Numbered from the stretch's first letter, positions 29,934 through 39,927 are shown. The stretch: 64,000 bases of DNA from an uncultured virus (IMG/VR IMGVR_UViG_3300011339_000925) (IMGVR_UViG_3300011339_000925), one strand, 5' to 3'. Made by a program: numbers and translations. Notes: generated by a model from the sequence alone, not told the origin.

Positions 29934-30014
29934 AAAACGGTATAGGCGCACTAACTTCCTTCTTTCGATAGAACGCTGACTGCTGGAAAGACAGCAAATT
30001 TTAAATAAATAACT

Positions 30015-30371
30015 ATGGAAAAAGAATTTGTTTGTTATAAAGAAGCATTAGCACTTAAAGAACTTGGGTTTAATGAACCTTGTTTATGTTCTTGGAATTT
30101 TTACACTAACGAATTAAACTTTAATGGGCAACCTTCAACATTTAGTAGCGAAGATATAATTCAATTACCAACATTCTCTCAATCATTTACATGGTTTAGA
30201 GAGAATGGTAAAGTAGCGGAAGTATTTTCACAAATTATGCCTTCCAACAAATATAAGTGGGGGTATAAAATACAAGGGGTTGAAGGTATTACTGATGGAT
30301 TCTTGACCTACGAAGAAGCGGAACTTGCTTGTCTTATAAAATTAATTGAAATTGTTAAAAACTTAAAATAA
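30015..30371 (+). CDS. Hypothetical protein (family shared with 28448-28825)
   Basis: ALALKELGF...PTFSQSFTWFRE...YEEAELACL. Confidence 0.7.
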   Translation: MEKEFVCYKEALALKELGFNEPCLCSWNFYTNELNFNGQPSTFSSEDIIQLPTFSQSFTWFRENGKVAEVFSQIMPSNKYKWGYKIQGVEGITDGFLTYEEAELACLIKLIEIVKNLK

Positions 30372-30372
30372 A

Positions 30373-30933
30373 ATGGCAACATTAACAGTAACAAATGAAC
30401 AATTAAGTCTTATTCAAAGTGCATTAGATATGTATTCTAGAATAGGTATAGGTCAAATGTGGGTAATTAAAGAACATCCTACATTTTATAATGTATTACG
30501 TGATAAATTAAGACCTAAAAAAGAATTAGAAGTAGGAGATAAAACAGAACGTGGTGAAATAGTAGAAATAACTAAAGATTCTATTAAAACCAAAGGTACG
30601 TGGAATACTAAAGAAGAAATAAAAGAATGGAAAGATGTAGAAAATGTTAAATTATCTATTGATTATTCTTTATTACATGATATACAAAATAAAGGTGAAA
30701 AGATTCTTAATCAAGGAAGAAATATACTGTTACAAGAAGAACTTCATGATAATGCATCATACGGTATCTATAATACAAATGTAGATAATTCTTGTAGAGT
30801 TGCTTTTGATATTATACAAGTAATAAGACATGAATTTTGGAAAGCTGATCCTAATAGAAGTTCTGTTACTGTAGATTCTTCTGTTCATCTTTCCACTACT
30901 AATACAAATCAATTAAAATGTCAAATAGATTAA
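30373..30933 (+). CDS. Hypothetical protein
   Basis: ORF in operon. Confidence 0.7.
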   Translation: MATLTVTNEQLSLIQSALDMYSRIGIGQMWVIKEHPTFYNVLRDKLRPKKELEVGDKTERGEIVEITKDSIKTKGTWNTKEEIKEWKDVENVKLSIDYSLLHDIQNKGEKILNQGRNILLQEELHDNASYGIYNTNVDNSCRVAFDIIQVIRHEFWKADPNRSSVTVDSSVHLSTTNTNQLKCQID

Positions 30934-30942
30934 ATTAAAACT

Positions 30943-31560
30943 ATGAAAAATACTGTTGAGTTATTAGGCTTTTACGGGTCGGACGAAGTAATCGCTTGCA
31001 GTGCTTGGACTAGCACCAGCCGACAAATTACCGATGAAAAGCGAGAGCGAATACCTAAGCTAATAAATATGCTTTGGTCTGAACATCACGAAACGCCGTT
31101 CGAGAAGGGTTCGGTACATTTTCTTGTCAATACTTGCATTTCGGCACATATCCACTTGTTAAAACACCGCATAAGCAGTCTAAATGCAGAATCGGCACGT
31201 TACAAGGAACTGAAAGAAGACAAATTTTACATTCCTGAAGACTGGCCTGAAAAGCAAAAAAATAATTTGATAGCTTTTACCGAAATGTCAAATCAATGGT
31301 ACCACGATACTTTGGAAGAACTAACTCCGATACTTGGTAGAAAGAGGGCAAAAGAATCGGCACGTTATTTCAAAACCTACAATAGCCAAATACAAAGCGA
31401 TGTGCAATTTAACATGCGTTCATTTGCCAACTTCTTAAAGCTGCGAAACTCCGAACATGCTCAAAAAGAAATTAGGGAAATTGCCGCTAATATGTTGGAA
31501 CTGGTAAAAAACATTGAAGGGCAACCTTTTCAGCATACGTTGAAAGCGTGGGGTTATTAG
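30943..31560 (+). CDS. thyX: Flavin-dependent thymidylate synthase
   Basis: HETPFE, KHRISSLNAESARY (RHRx7SxR variant), NMRSFANFLKLR, HAQKEIR. Confidence 0.9.
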   Translation: MKNTVELLGFYGSDEVIACSAWTSTSRQITDEKRERIPKLINMLWSEHHETPFEKGSVHFLVNTCISAHIHLLKHRISSLNAESARYKELKEDKFYIPEDWPEKQKNNLIAFTEMSNQWYHDTLEELTPILGRKRAKESARYFKTYNSQIQSDVQFNMRSFANFLKLRNSEHAQKEIREIAANMLELVKNIEGQPFQHTLKAWGY

Positions 31561-31685
31561 TTACTTGTAAATACACGCAACCATATCGTTAAAAGCAACG
31601 ATATGGTTATAGAAAGCGATAAGTTATTAGTAAGGGATATTTGTAAAAACAGTACTTTTAATTGTCAAATTTAAATTGAAATAAA

Positions 31686-31901
31686 ATGGATATTACAGAA
31701 GAAATGATTGAAGATTGCGTTTCCGATTTGTCAATAAACGGAAAGTACAACAAACTTTATCAAATGTTGATTAACGAAGTTGAAAAACAAATTTCAGACA
31801 AGCGTTTAAATTCAATGGTAGATACATTAAACTATGTCGGATTAAATTGTCGCAAAATGTCAAAACTTGAAATTTTGTTTGAATACTCGAAGCTCATTTA
31901 G
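31686..31901 (+). CDS. Hypothetical protein
   Basis: Ends 5 nt before the attC-like palindrome. Confidence 0.6.
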   Translation: MDITEEMIEDCVSDLSINGKYNKLYQMLINEVEKQISDKRLNSMVDTLNYVGLNCRKMSKLEILFEYSKLI

Positions 31902-31905
31902 CATG

Positions 31906-31963
31906 ACACATAACGTCCAATGATAAACAATCGTTTTAATGTTGTTTATCATTTGTTATGTGT
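31906..31963. repeat. attC-like imperfect palindrome
   Basis: ACACATAAC-gtcc-AATGATAAACAA-loop-TTGTTTATCATT-t-GTTATGTGT. Confidence 0.6.
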
Positions 31964-32073
31964 AGGTGTGGTTAATTAAGGTAGAATGTTTAATCGGAGA
32001 ACTAAACAAAAATTTTAAAAGAAAAAGAAGGGTGGAAATTTTAATTCTTAATATTTATATATAAAATAAAACT

Positions 32074-32613
32074 ATGAGTAAAGAAATGAGGGATTATATT
32101 GATAAGTTCAAAGATTTTATTATAAAGGAGTCTGTTGATAAATCAACTGATTTTGAAACTATTGATAAGGTTATAAGAACGTATATAAAACAAGTTTTAA
32201 AAGCGGATGAGAAAATAAATCAATTTGTCCCTAACACACATATAGCGGAAACTTTCAAAGATGTATTAATTTATTCTGAATTAGAATCAAAAAATGAAGA
32301 AACATTCCATAATGTAAAACACAACCCGTATGATTCAATTGGAACAAATAATCCTGATGATTATGATAGATTAGAAGATGGTAGATATGTGAAAAAAGAA
32401 ACATATAGTGTTGGAATTAACCATTTATTGATTCCAAAATATTTCAATTTAAAAAGATTAAAAACTGATGGTATAGATGAAATACATAAAACCTATCAAA
32501 AACTAAGAGAAAAACAAGATGATGTTAGGAACAATATTATGTTAGGTAGAATAGTATTAACAGATTATACACATCCACAATTATCTAAATCGTATAATTT
32601 AAAAATTAAATAA
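32074..32613 (+). CDS. Hypothetical protein in apparent cassette
   Basis: 179 aa; flanked by imperfect inverted repeats. Confidence 0.7.
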   Translation: MSKEMRDYIDKFKDFIIKESVDKSTDFETIDKVIRTYIKQVLKADEKINQFVPNTHIAETFKDVLIYSELESKNEETFHNVKHNPYDSIGTNNPDDYDRLEDGRYVKKETYSVGINHLLIPKYFNLKRLKTDGIDEIHKTYQKLREKQDDVRNNIMLGRIVLTDYTHPQLSKSYNLKIK

Positions 32614-33021
32614 AGTGTGGGTTGGATTTTTTTTTAAAATTTTCAACCAAAATATTGATTAGAACGATGAACGGAACACTTGCTTATAACTCAAAAATAC
32701 ACGCAACTATTTTAGAATACATTGAAAACAATATTAAATAATATTTAAATAATTTTACACACAATACACTTAATCTTTTTATTTATTAAACAATTTAAAT
32801 TTATTATTATGTCTAAATCATCTTTAAAAAAGAACATGCAATTAAATAGAGTTTTAAATTCTATAGCAATTGGTAAAGTAGAATACCAAATTCAATTAAA
32901 ACAAGAAGCAGATAAAAAGAAAAAAGATGCGCAAATTAATCATTAAATATTGGTTAAAAAAACATTTTTGTTTTTATTTTGGATATTGTTTAGTAGTTTA
33001 AAAAATATTTAAAAATAAAAT

Positions 33022-33222
33022 ATGCTAATAACAATAGAAGAAGTTAAACAAATTTTATTATTACCTGTTGTAAGTGATGTTCATTTATTAAAAGTAATAA
33101 AAAGATATATTTACGACAAAAAAGAAATTGAAATAGAAGATATTGCAAGACCTCAATCTTTAGTGCAAGCTCAATTATTACAAATTGCTATTGAAAACTG
33201 TATTAAATATTATTTTAAATGA
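33022..33222 (+). CDS. Hypothetical protein
   Basis: ORF. Confidence 0.6.
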   Translation: MLITIEEVKQILLLPVVSDVHLLKVIKRYIYDKKEIEIEDIARPQSLVQAQLLQIAIENCIKYYFK

Positions 33223-33443
33223 TGAATAATGAAATCGAAATCGACTTTTCAAACATCGCAAATTTTGACGAATTTGACAAAAAGTTTAAAGAAATCATGG
33301 AAAACTGGAAACCTATTTTACCGTACAATTTTAAATCAACAGAACAAAGAATTAATAGAAATTCAATTAGAAAGAAAAAAACACAAAGCGTTTTTATATT
33401 TCGACAAAATATCTTTAATTATTTCAAAAACTGGTTTAAATAA
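33219..33443 (+). CDS. Hypothetical protein
   Basis: ATGA overlap with the previous gene; overlaps the 33229 ORF. Confidence 0.45.
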   Translation: MMNNEIEIDFSNIANFDEFDKKFKEIMENWKPILPYNFKSTEQRINRNSIRKKKTQSVFIFRQNIFNYFKNWFK

Positions 33444-33588
33444 TCATTTTTATGAACAGCAATTTGAAACTTGTGAAAATTGTATTATTGCTTTTCAAAA
33501 TTCTTTTCCAGAATTTCCATTATTAAAAGATAAATTACAAGAAAGTTTAAATTATCGTAAAAAAAGTGTTATTAAACAATCAATTTAA
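33229..33588 (+). CDS. Hypothetical protein (start uncertain)
   Basis: C-terminal half looks protein-like (QQFETCENCIIAF). Confidence 0.4.
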   Translation: MKSKSTFQTSQILTNLTKSLKKSWKTGNLFYRTILNQQNKELIEIQLERKKHKAFLYFDKISLIISKTGLNNHFYEQQFETCENCIIAFQNSFPEFPLLKDKLQESLNYRKKSVIKQSI

Positions 33589-33607
33589 CCTCTAAATTTT
33601 AAAAATT

Positions 33608-33907
33608 ATGTACCAGTTAGTATTTACTCAAAAAGTAGATGGTTCTTTTATTAATCATCAGTCAATTGAAATTCCTATATCTAATTTTAAAATCAAACAT
33701 GAATTTAAATGCGATAAAAATTATCAAGAATACTTAAAAGTTAGTAAAGAATGTGAAGATAGAGTTATTAAGTTTAAAAAAGAACAAGCTGAGATAGCTA
33801 AATTAAAACTAAATGAACTTAATACTCAATTAAATCAAATAAAAACTGCTAAAAAAGTAGTTAATCTTGCAATAAGTAATTTATTTGAACTTCAATTAAA
33901 TGATTAA
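33608..33907 (+). CDS. Hypothetical coiled-coil protein
   Basis: ORF. Confidence 0.6.
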   Translation: MYQLVFTQKVDGSFINHQSIEIPISNFKIKHEFKCDKNYQEYLKVSKECEDRVIKFKKEQAEIAKLKLNELNTQLNQIKTAKKVVNLAISNLFELQLND

Positions 33908-34078
33908 TATGAACAAATTAATTGGTATTTTTAGTTGTTTAATGTGTGTATTAGCAATTAAAATTATTGTTACAGAAATTTATTACGTAGGATTTGCTAA
34001 TGAAAATGTTATAGAACTTATATTAATTTCTTTAATGTTTATTCTTAGTCTTATTTTTGTAATAAAAAGTTAATTAAT

Positions 34079-34120
34079 AATGGAGCTATAATTGTAAAAA
34101 ATTGTAGCTCCATTTTATTT
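34079..34120 (+). terminator. Hairpin/terminator before polA
   Basis: ATGGAGCTATAATT...AATTGTAGCTCCAT plus T-rich tail. Confidence 0.6.
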
Positions 34121-34128
34121 ATAATATT

Positions 34129-36993
34129 ATGATTTATTATGTAGGTAATGAAAGATTAATAGAAAGCAATTTATATATTCAAAGTACAATAGAAGATTGT
34201 ATTAATTTTTTGACTAATGAATGTACAAGTGTAGCTATAGATACTGAAACACAAGGACTATTTGATCATTATAATAAAATTATAATGCTTCAATTAAGTA
34301 ATGGTGTTGATGCTTTTGTAATTGATGTAAGAGTAGTTAATATATTACCATTAAAAGAAATTTTAGAATCTAAACTATGTATTTTACAAAATGCTAAGTT
34401 TGATTATAAGTTTTTAAAATTACATGGTATTGTATTAAACAATATAGTAGATACATTTCTTAATGAATGTATTTTAACAAATGGTATTGAAAATAGGAGC
34501 TTAGGATTAGAAGCTATTGCATATAAATATTGTAATATTAGATTAGATAAATCAACAAGAGCAGATTTTTCTAAATTAAATGATAGACCATTTACTGATA
34601 AACAAATTATTTATGGTGTTGATGATGTAATGTGTTTACATGAAATTGCTAACAAGCAAAATATAGAATTAGAAAAATGGAATCTATTAAATGTAGCTGA
34701 ACTAGAATATAAAACTTGTTTAGTGCTAGCTGATATAGAATATAATGGTATTAATATTAATATTGCAAAATGGAAAGATTTAGCTAATAAAGCAAAAATT
34801 AATACTGATAAATTTCAAATAGAATTAGATAATATGATATTAAACAATCCTAAATTATCTAAATTTTATAAAAAATATCAGCAGTTAGATTTATTTGGTA
34901 AAGAAAATAGAAAAGTAGATGTTAAATATTCTTCTCCATTACAATGTTTAAAGTTGTTTTTAGCTTTAGGATTAGATATTAAATCTACAAATGCAAAAGA
35001 TTTAATAAAATATCAAAATTCAGAACCATTAGTTAAAAAGTTTCTTGATTATAAAGAAGAAGAAAAACTTTATACAACTTATGGATATGAATTTTTAAAT
35101 TTTATTAATCCTATTACAAATAAAATACATACTGATTTTTTTCAAATATTAAATACTCATCGTATTAGTTCATCAAAACCAAACATGCAACAAATACCTG
35201 CAGATAAAGAGTATTTAGCTTGTTTTGAAGCACCAAAAGGTTATAAAATTGTAGGTTGTGATTTTAGTGCACAAGAATTACGATTAATTACTGAGCTTTC
35301 ACAAGACCCATTGTGGGTAAATACTTTTAATGAAGGTGGTGATATTCATTCTATTATAGCGTCTAAAGTATTTAATATTGAAGAATCTAAAGTTAAAAAC
35401 TATTTTGAATATTTATTTGTAGGTAAAGTTAAAGTATTTTTAAGAGGAAAATCTCCAAGAGATATTGCAAAGACTATCAATTTTATGTTAGCCTTAACTT
35501 AAAAAATTATGTATTATTAATTATGTTATCTACCTTTGCATCAAAGCAAAATTAATGGAAGAAAATATAATTAATCTCTCTAAAAAAGGTTTATTTCCTA
35601 AAGAAATAGCTTTAAAATTGAATTTAAAATATCATTATGTACTTAAAATATTTAAAAAATATAAATTAACTCTTAAAGGATCAGGAGGTTCAAATAAAAT
35701 TGTAATTAATAATCCATTTTTTAAAAAAGATGGAGATTATTGGTTAGGTTTTATTTCTGCTGATGGTAATTTAAGCAAAAAACAATATTCTATATATTTA
35801 GGCATAAAAGATTTAGACCATATTATTAAATATCGAGATTTTATTAATAATAAATTAAAAATTTATTATAAACTTAATCAAGCTAATTCTACAATTGGAG
35901 CAGTAGTTTTTAGAAATAGTGAAGTTTGGAATTACTTAAATAATATAGGTATAACACCAGCTAAATCTAAAACTTTTCTTTATAAAAAAGAGATAAATTG
36001 GGAATTTATAAGAGGATATTTTGATGGTGATGGGTCTATTTCAAAAAATGAACCTAAAATTACTACTGGTAGTGAAAATTTTAAAAATCAATTATTAGAT
36101 TTTTTTAAATTAAATAGTATAACTACTTCAGTAAGTATTAAAGGAAATAATGTTTTTGATATTTATATTAGAGGAAATTCAAGATTTGATTTTTTCTATA
36201 ATATGTACAAAGAAAATTCAATTAAATTAGATAGAAAATATATAAAATACAGGGCAGCTTTAAAGAAATTTAGAGTTAAAAATATTGGGTGAATTGCAAG
36301 AAGACTGAAATGTTAATTTGCAGCCAAGTTAATCAGGGATGATTAAAAGGTTCAACGACTAACAGCATACTACTAGAACAGTAATGAAGCTGACACGAGC
36401 TCCCAACACCTTTAAAATGGTGATAACATAGTCTGGACTATAGAGAATAGTAATCTATAGAATAGTAATTTAAATAATTACTAGGTAACAAAATCGATGG
36501 TGGTAGTAAATTTAAATTATCTTCTGTATTAGGTATTTCTATTGAAGAAGCTGAAACAATTATTGAAGAGTATTTTAATCAAGTACCTAAAGTAAAAAAT
36601 GTATTAAATTCATGTTCTAAATATGCGTTAAAAAATAAATATATAAGGTCATTAAAACCATATTCTATTGTAAGACATTTTATTTATGACCCAAATGATT
36701 TAAAACAAGTTGGTGCTGTAGAGAGAGCAGGTAAAAATACTGTCATACAGGCTTCAGGTGCGTTAATGTGTAAATTAGCATTAGTAAACATTAGTAATAA
36801 AATAAAAACATTAGATTATAAAGTTCAAATGTTTTTACAAATTCATGATGCTATTTATTGTTATGTACAAGAAGATAAAGCTGAAGAATGGTCACAAATA
36901 CAAAAACAAATTATGGAAGAAGCAGGTAAAGAATTTATTAAATCTATACCAGTTAAAAGTGATGTAGTTATATCAGATTATTGGTCTAAATAA
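34129..36993 (+). CDS. polA: DNA polymerase family A, spliced (exon 1 34129-35494, exon 2 36497-36993; 620 aa)
   Basis: 3'-5' exo DTET, motif A DFSAQELR; motif B restored on splicing (KTINFMLAYG); exon 2 carries NTVIQ and motif C QIHD. Confidence 0.92.
35531..35538 (+). promoter_or_regulatory. Intron-internal -7 promoter box for the homing endonuclease
   Basis: TACCTTTG 17 nt upstream of ATG 35555. Confidence 0.55.
35555..36292 (+). CDS. Intron-encoded LAGLIDADG homing endonuclease
   Basis: YWLGFISADG and FIRGYFDGDG motifs; N-terminal HTH-like segment. Confidence 0.9.
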   Translation: MEENIINLSKKGLFPKEIALKLNLKYHYVLKIFKKYKLTLKGSGGSNKIVINNPFFKKDGDYWLGFISADGNLSKKQYSIYLGIKDLDHIIKYRDFINNKLKIYYKLNQANSTIGAVVFRNSEVWNYLNNIGITPAKSKTFLYKKEINWEFIRGYFDGDGSISKNEPKITTGSENFKNQLLDFFKLNSITTSVSIKGNNVFDIYIRGNSRFDFFYNMYKENSIKLDRKYIKYRAALKKFRVKNIG

Positions 36994-37000
36994 TAAAACT

Positions 37001-37384
37001 ATGAAAATTCATTATATAGAAACACCATCTAAAAAGAAATTATTTTCTTTTCATCGACATGATTTTAAAATGGAAGAAGATGTAGGTATAGATGGTGGAT
37101 TGGATTATATAAAAACCGTTGGAAAAGTTGAAGTTCAATTTGCTGAAATACAAGATGTTATAAAAGATATTAGAGAACAGTTTTTATGGGGTAAAAATTA
37201 TGATAAAGACAATAATAGACTACCTAAAACTGAGTTTATTTTATTAAAAGACTTAAATTCTAGTCATATAGTAAATATTATTAAATACTTATTGATTAAA
37301 ACTGACTTAAATGAGTATTATCGTTTTTATATTCAAATATTTCTTGAAGAATTAATTTACAGAATTGAAACCACAACAATATGA
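37001..37384 (+). CDS. Hypothetical protein
   Basis: HRHDF...IDGGLDY motif. Confidence 0.7.
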   Translation: MKIHYIETPSKKKLFSFHRHDFKMEEDVGIDGGLDYIKTVGKVEVQFAEIQDVIKDIREQFLWGKNYDKDNNRLPKTEFILLKDLNSSHIVNIIKYLLIKTDLNEYYRFYIQIFLEELIYRIETTTI

Positions 37385-37602
37385 AACTATTATTATTTTA
37401 TACGCTATTTTCTTTTCATACAAACTATGGAGGTTTTTGTGAAGGATTTAAAGATGGTTGGAAAGCAGGATATTGCTACCAACAATACGGTTGTGTTGCT
37501 CCATACCCACCATATTGTCCTGTAAGAGAATATGGAGAAAAAGATATTTATGTAGATGGGTATAATAGAGGATTTATACTTGGATTATATAGTGGTAGAT
37601 AA
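37381..37602 (+). CDS. Small, possibly exported Cys/Gly/Tyr-rich protein
   Basis: Hydrophobic N-terminus; FCEGFKDGWKAGYC. Confidence 0.6.
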   Translation: MKLLLFYTLFSFHTNYGGFCEGFKDGWKAGYCYQQYGCVAPYPPYCPVREYGEKDIYVDGYNRGFILGLYSGR

Positions 37603-37616
37603 GATTTAGAATTATT

Positions 37617-38852
37617 ATGACAAAACAAGAGCTAAATCATTTTAAACAATATACTAATCCGATAGAATGTAAAAATGAAATACATAAACATGCTTTAAAA
37701 AAACATATTACATTAGATCAAAGATCAAGTTTGTTTATGTCTCCAGGTTCAGGTAAAACCAGAGTAGGTATTATTGCTGCTTGTGAAAATATTAAAAAAT
37801 ATGGAGGAAAATGGTTAGTATCTGTTCCAAAAGAAAATTTAATAGAACAATGGAGTCAAGAAGCTAAAAAATGGAAGTATACAAAAGAATGGAAAAGCGT
37901 TGATTGTATTTGTCATGCTAGTAATGCTAAAATAGATATTAGTAAATATCAAGGTGTTATTATTGATGAAGTACATTTAGCAATTAAAGGTGAGATTCAT
38001 GGTTCATTATTAAATTATGACTATAAAAACAATGATAAGAAATTATTATGTTTGACTGGTACTAAACCTGATAATGAATTATTGGATAAATTAGAAGCAA
38101 TTGCTCCATGTTCTTTTGAATTAACATTAGATGAAGCTGTACAATTAAAACTTGTATCAGAATATATTATTCATGTAATTGATGTTCCATTAACACCTAC
38201 TGAGTTTAGTGATTATAAAAAAGCTCAACAACAGTTTGTATATTATAAATATATACTAGGTGGTAATTCTGCTTTTGATAAAGCAAATATTTATTTAAAA
38301 AGTACTACAGCTAGTAGCGCAGATAAAAAGAATGCTACTATGTTTTATGGTGCAATTAGAAAAAGAAAAGCTGTAGCTCAAAATGCAGAAAATAAATTAA
38401 AAATTGGTAAACAATTAATAGAATTGTGTAAAGATGATAACATTATTACTTTTGCTGAAACAAATGCTTTTACTGAAGCATTATATAAATCATTAGGTGA
38501 TAATGCTTTGATGTTTCATTCAGATATGAAGAAAACAGAAAAAGATAATACATTAAAAAGATTTAAAGACAAGCGAACAAAACAAAATATTATTTGTTCT
38601 ACTAAAGCATTGTCAGAAGGATTTAATGTAGAAAATATTTCTTGTGCAATTATATTAGCTTTTACTTCAAAGTCAAATACTTTAATTCAAAGATTAGCTC
38701 GTTCTATTCGTTATCAGGAAGGTAAACAAGCAAAAATATTTATTTTAGCTGTACCTGATACTCAAGAAGAATTGTGGTTAAAATCTGCTTTAAAAGGTAT
38801 TTCAAATATTAAATACTACGATTCTTTAGAAACTTACATCAAACACACATAA
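37617..38852 (+). CDS. Superfamily 2 helicase
   Basis: PGSGKT, DEVH, LTGT, LSEGFNV, QRLARSIR. Confidence 0.9.
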   Translation: MTKQELNHFKQYTNPIECKNEIHKHALKKHITLDQRSSLFMSPGSGKTRVGIIAACENIKKYGGKWLVSVPKENLIEQWSQEAKKWKYTKEWKSVDCICHASNAKIDISKYQGVIIDEVHLAIKGEIHGSLLNYDYKNNDKKLLCLTGTKPDNELLDKLEAIAPCSFELTLDEAVQLKLVSEYIIHVIDVPLTPTEFSDYKKAQQQFVYYKYILGGNSAFDKANIYLKSTTASSADKKNATMFYGAIRKRKAVAQNAENKLKIGKQLIELCKDDNIITFAETNAFTEALYKSLGDNALMFHSDMKKTEKDNTLKRFKDKRTKQNIICSTKALSEGFNVENISCAIILAFTSKSNTLIQRLARSIRYQEGKQAKIFILAVPDTQEELWLKSALKGISNIKYYDSLETYIKHT

Positions 38853-38930
38853 TTTATGTTTTAGAGTTTAATATACTACAAAAGTATATTTTATTAAATA
38901 TACCTTTGTTCTTTTTAAATTTACACTATT

Positions 38931-39248
38931 ATGAAAATTACTATTTATTCTACTAATATATCTGCTAATAATGCTGTTAGATTAAGAAGTAAAAATTGTA
39001 AAAAGTTTACTAAATCTGTATACAGTTATTCTTCAATAAAACTAGGTAATAATATTAAATCTATTATTAATTTTAATCCTGTTGTAGTAAATTTGCACGA
39101 TATGACTATTAATAGACCTTCTATTTTTAGTAATAATTCAAAAAAAATAACTAATAATAAAATTATTATACCTTATTCACCTGATTTAGAAGGTGAATAT
39201 GAAATTGAAAAAGTTAATGAAGATAGTTTTAAATTATTAAAGTTATGA
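38931..39248 (+). CDS. Hypothetical protein
   Basis: Preceded by TACCTTTG (38901-38908). Confidence 0.6.
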   Translation: MKITIYSTNISANNAVRLRSKNCKKFTKSVYSYSSIKLGNNIKSIINFNPVVVNLHDMTINRPSIFSNNSKKITNNKIIIPYSPDLEGEYEIEKVNEDSFKLLKL

Positions 39249-39317
39249 CTTACATTTGTTTAAAAACTTTTGAATCTACTAAAGGTATAACTTATATTAA
39301 AAATAGAATAATAAATT

Positions 39318-39563
39318 TTGAAGAGTATAACAAACTTAATTGGAACGAAAGACAAAATTTTAAACAATATGAAAATAGAAGATAAAATTGTAGAATCAAT
39401 TGTATTAAAATTTCTGCAAAGATCTGAAATAGGAATTAAAAAATACAATACTACTTTAGATAAAAATAATTTACCTTTAAAAGAATGGTTACAACATTCT
39501 ATAGAAGAAAAAATGGATGATATATTGTATATGCAAAGAGCGTTAAATGAAATAAAAAATTAA
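39318..39563 (+). CDS. Small all-alpha nucleotide pyrophosphatase-like protein (true start probably ATG ~39369)
   Basis: RSEIGIKKYNTTLD...WLQHSIEEKMDDILY. Confidence 0.55.
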   Translation: MKSITNLIGTKDKILNNMKIEDKIVESIVLKFLQRSEIGIKKYNTTLDKNNLPLKEWLQHSIEEKMDDILYMQRALNEIKN

Positions 39564-39570
39564 AAATTAT

Positions 39571-39927
39571 ATGGAACATAAAGTGTTATTATGGGTAGAT
39601 AGTGAATTAAATATTACTAATGACCCAAGTTTTTTAAAATTTTCTCCTATTGATTTTAAAGAGATAGGTGAAATTATTTGGGTTAAAAATTATGATGATT
39701 TTGTAGCTCAAATAGAAAATTACGGTGTACCAGATGCAGTATCTTTTGATGATAAGTTAGAAGATTTTAATAATAAAAATGGTCTTGATTGTGCTAAATT
39801 TTTATGTTCATATTGCGCTATACATGAAACTCCATTACCTTTATGGTCTTGTCATTTTAAAAATAATAAAATAAAAGAAAACATTAATTCATTAATGAAT
39901 AGCTATTTAAAATATCAAAATGCTTAA
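39571..39927 (+). CDS. Cyclic-phosphate-processing receiver-like domain protein (degenerate)
   Basis: LLWVD...WVKNYDDF...PDAVSFDDKL...GLDCAKFL...H. Confidence 0.6.
   Translation: MEHKVLLWVDSELNITNDPSFLKFSPIDFKEIGEIIWVKNYDDFVAQIENYGVPDAVSFDDKLEDFNNKNGLDCAKFLCSYCAIHETPLPLWSCHFKNNKIKENINSLMNSYLKYQNA

Larger units (their letters stand above)
35495..36496 (+). mobile_element. Group I intron in polA (1002 nt)
   Basis: Exon ends in U, intron ends in G; core elements GAATTGCAAGAA, AATTTGCAGCCAAG, TTCAACGACTA, CATAGTCTG. Confidence 0.9.

Noticed and set aside
29934..29995. tRNA-associated HDV-like (theta) ribozyme
   Set aside because: Could not build the P1/P2/P3 nested pseudoknot
36766..36993. Standalone 75-aa ORF (likewise 44597-44779)
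   Set aside because: Both are the 3' ends of exon 2 of spliced genes
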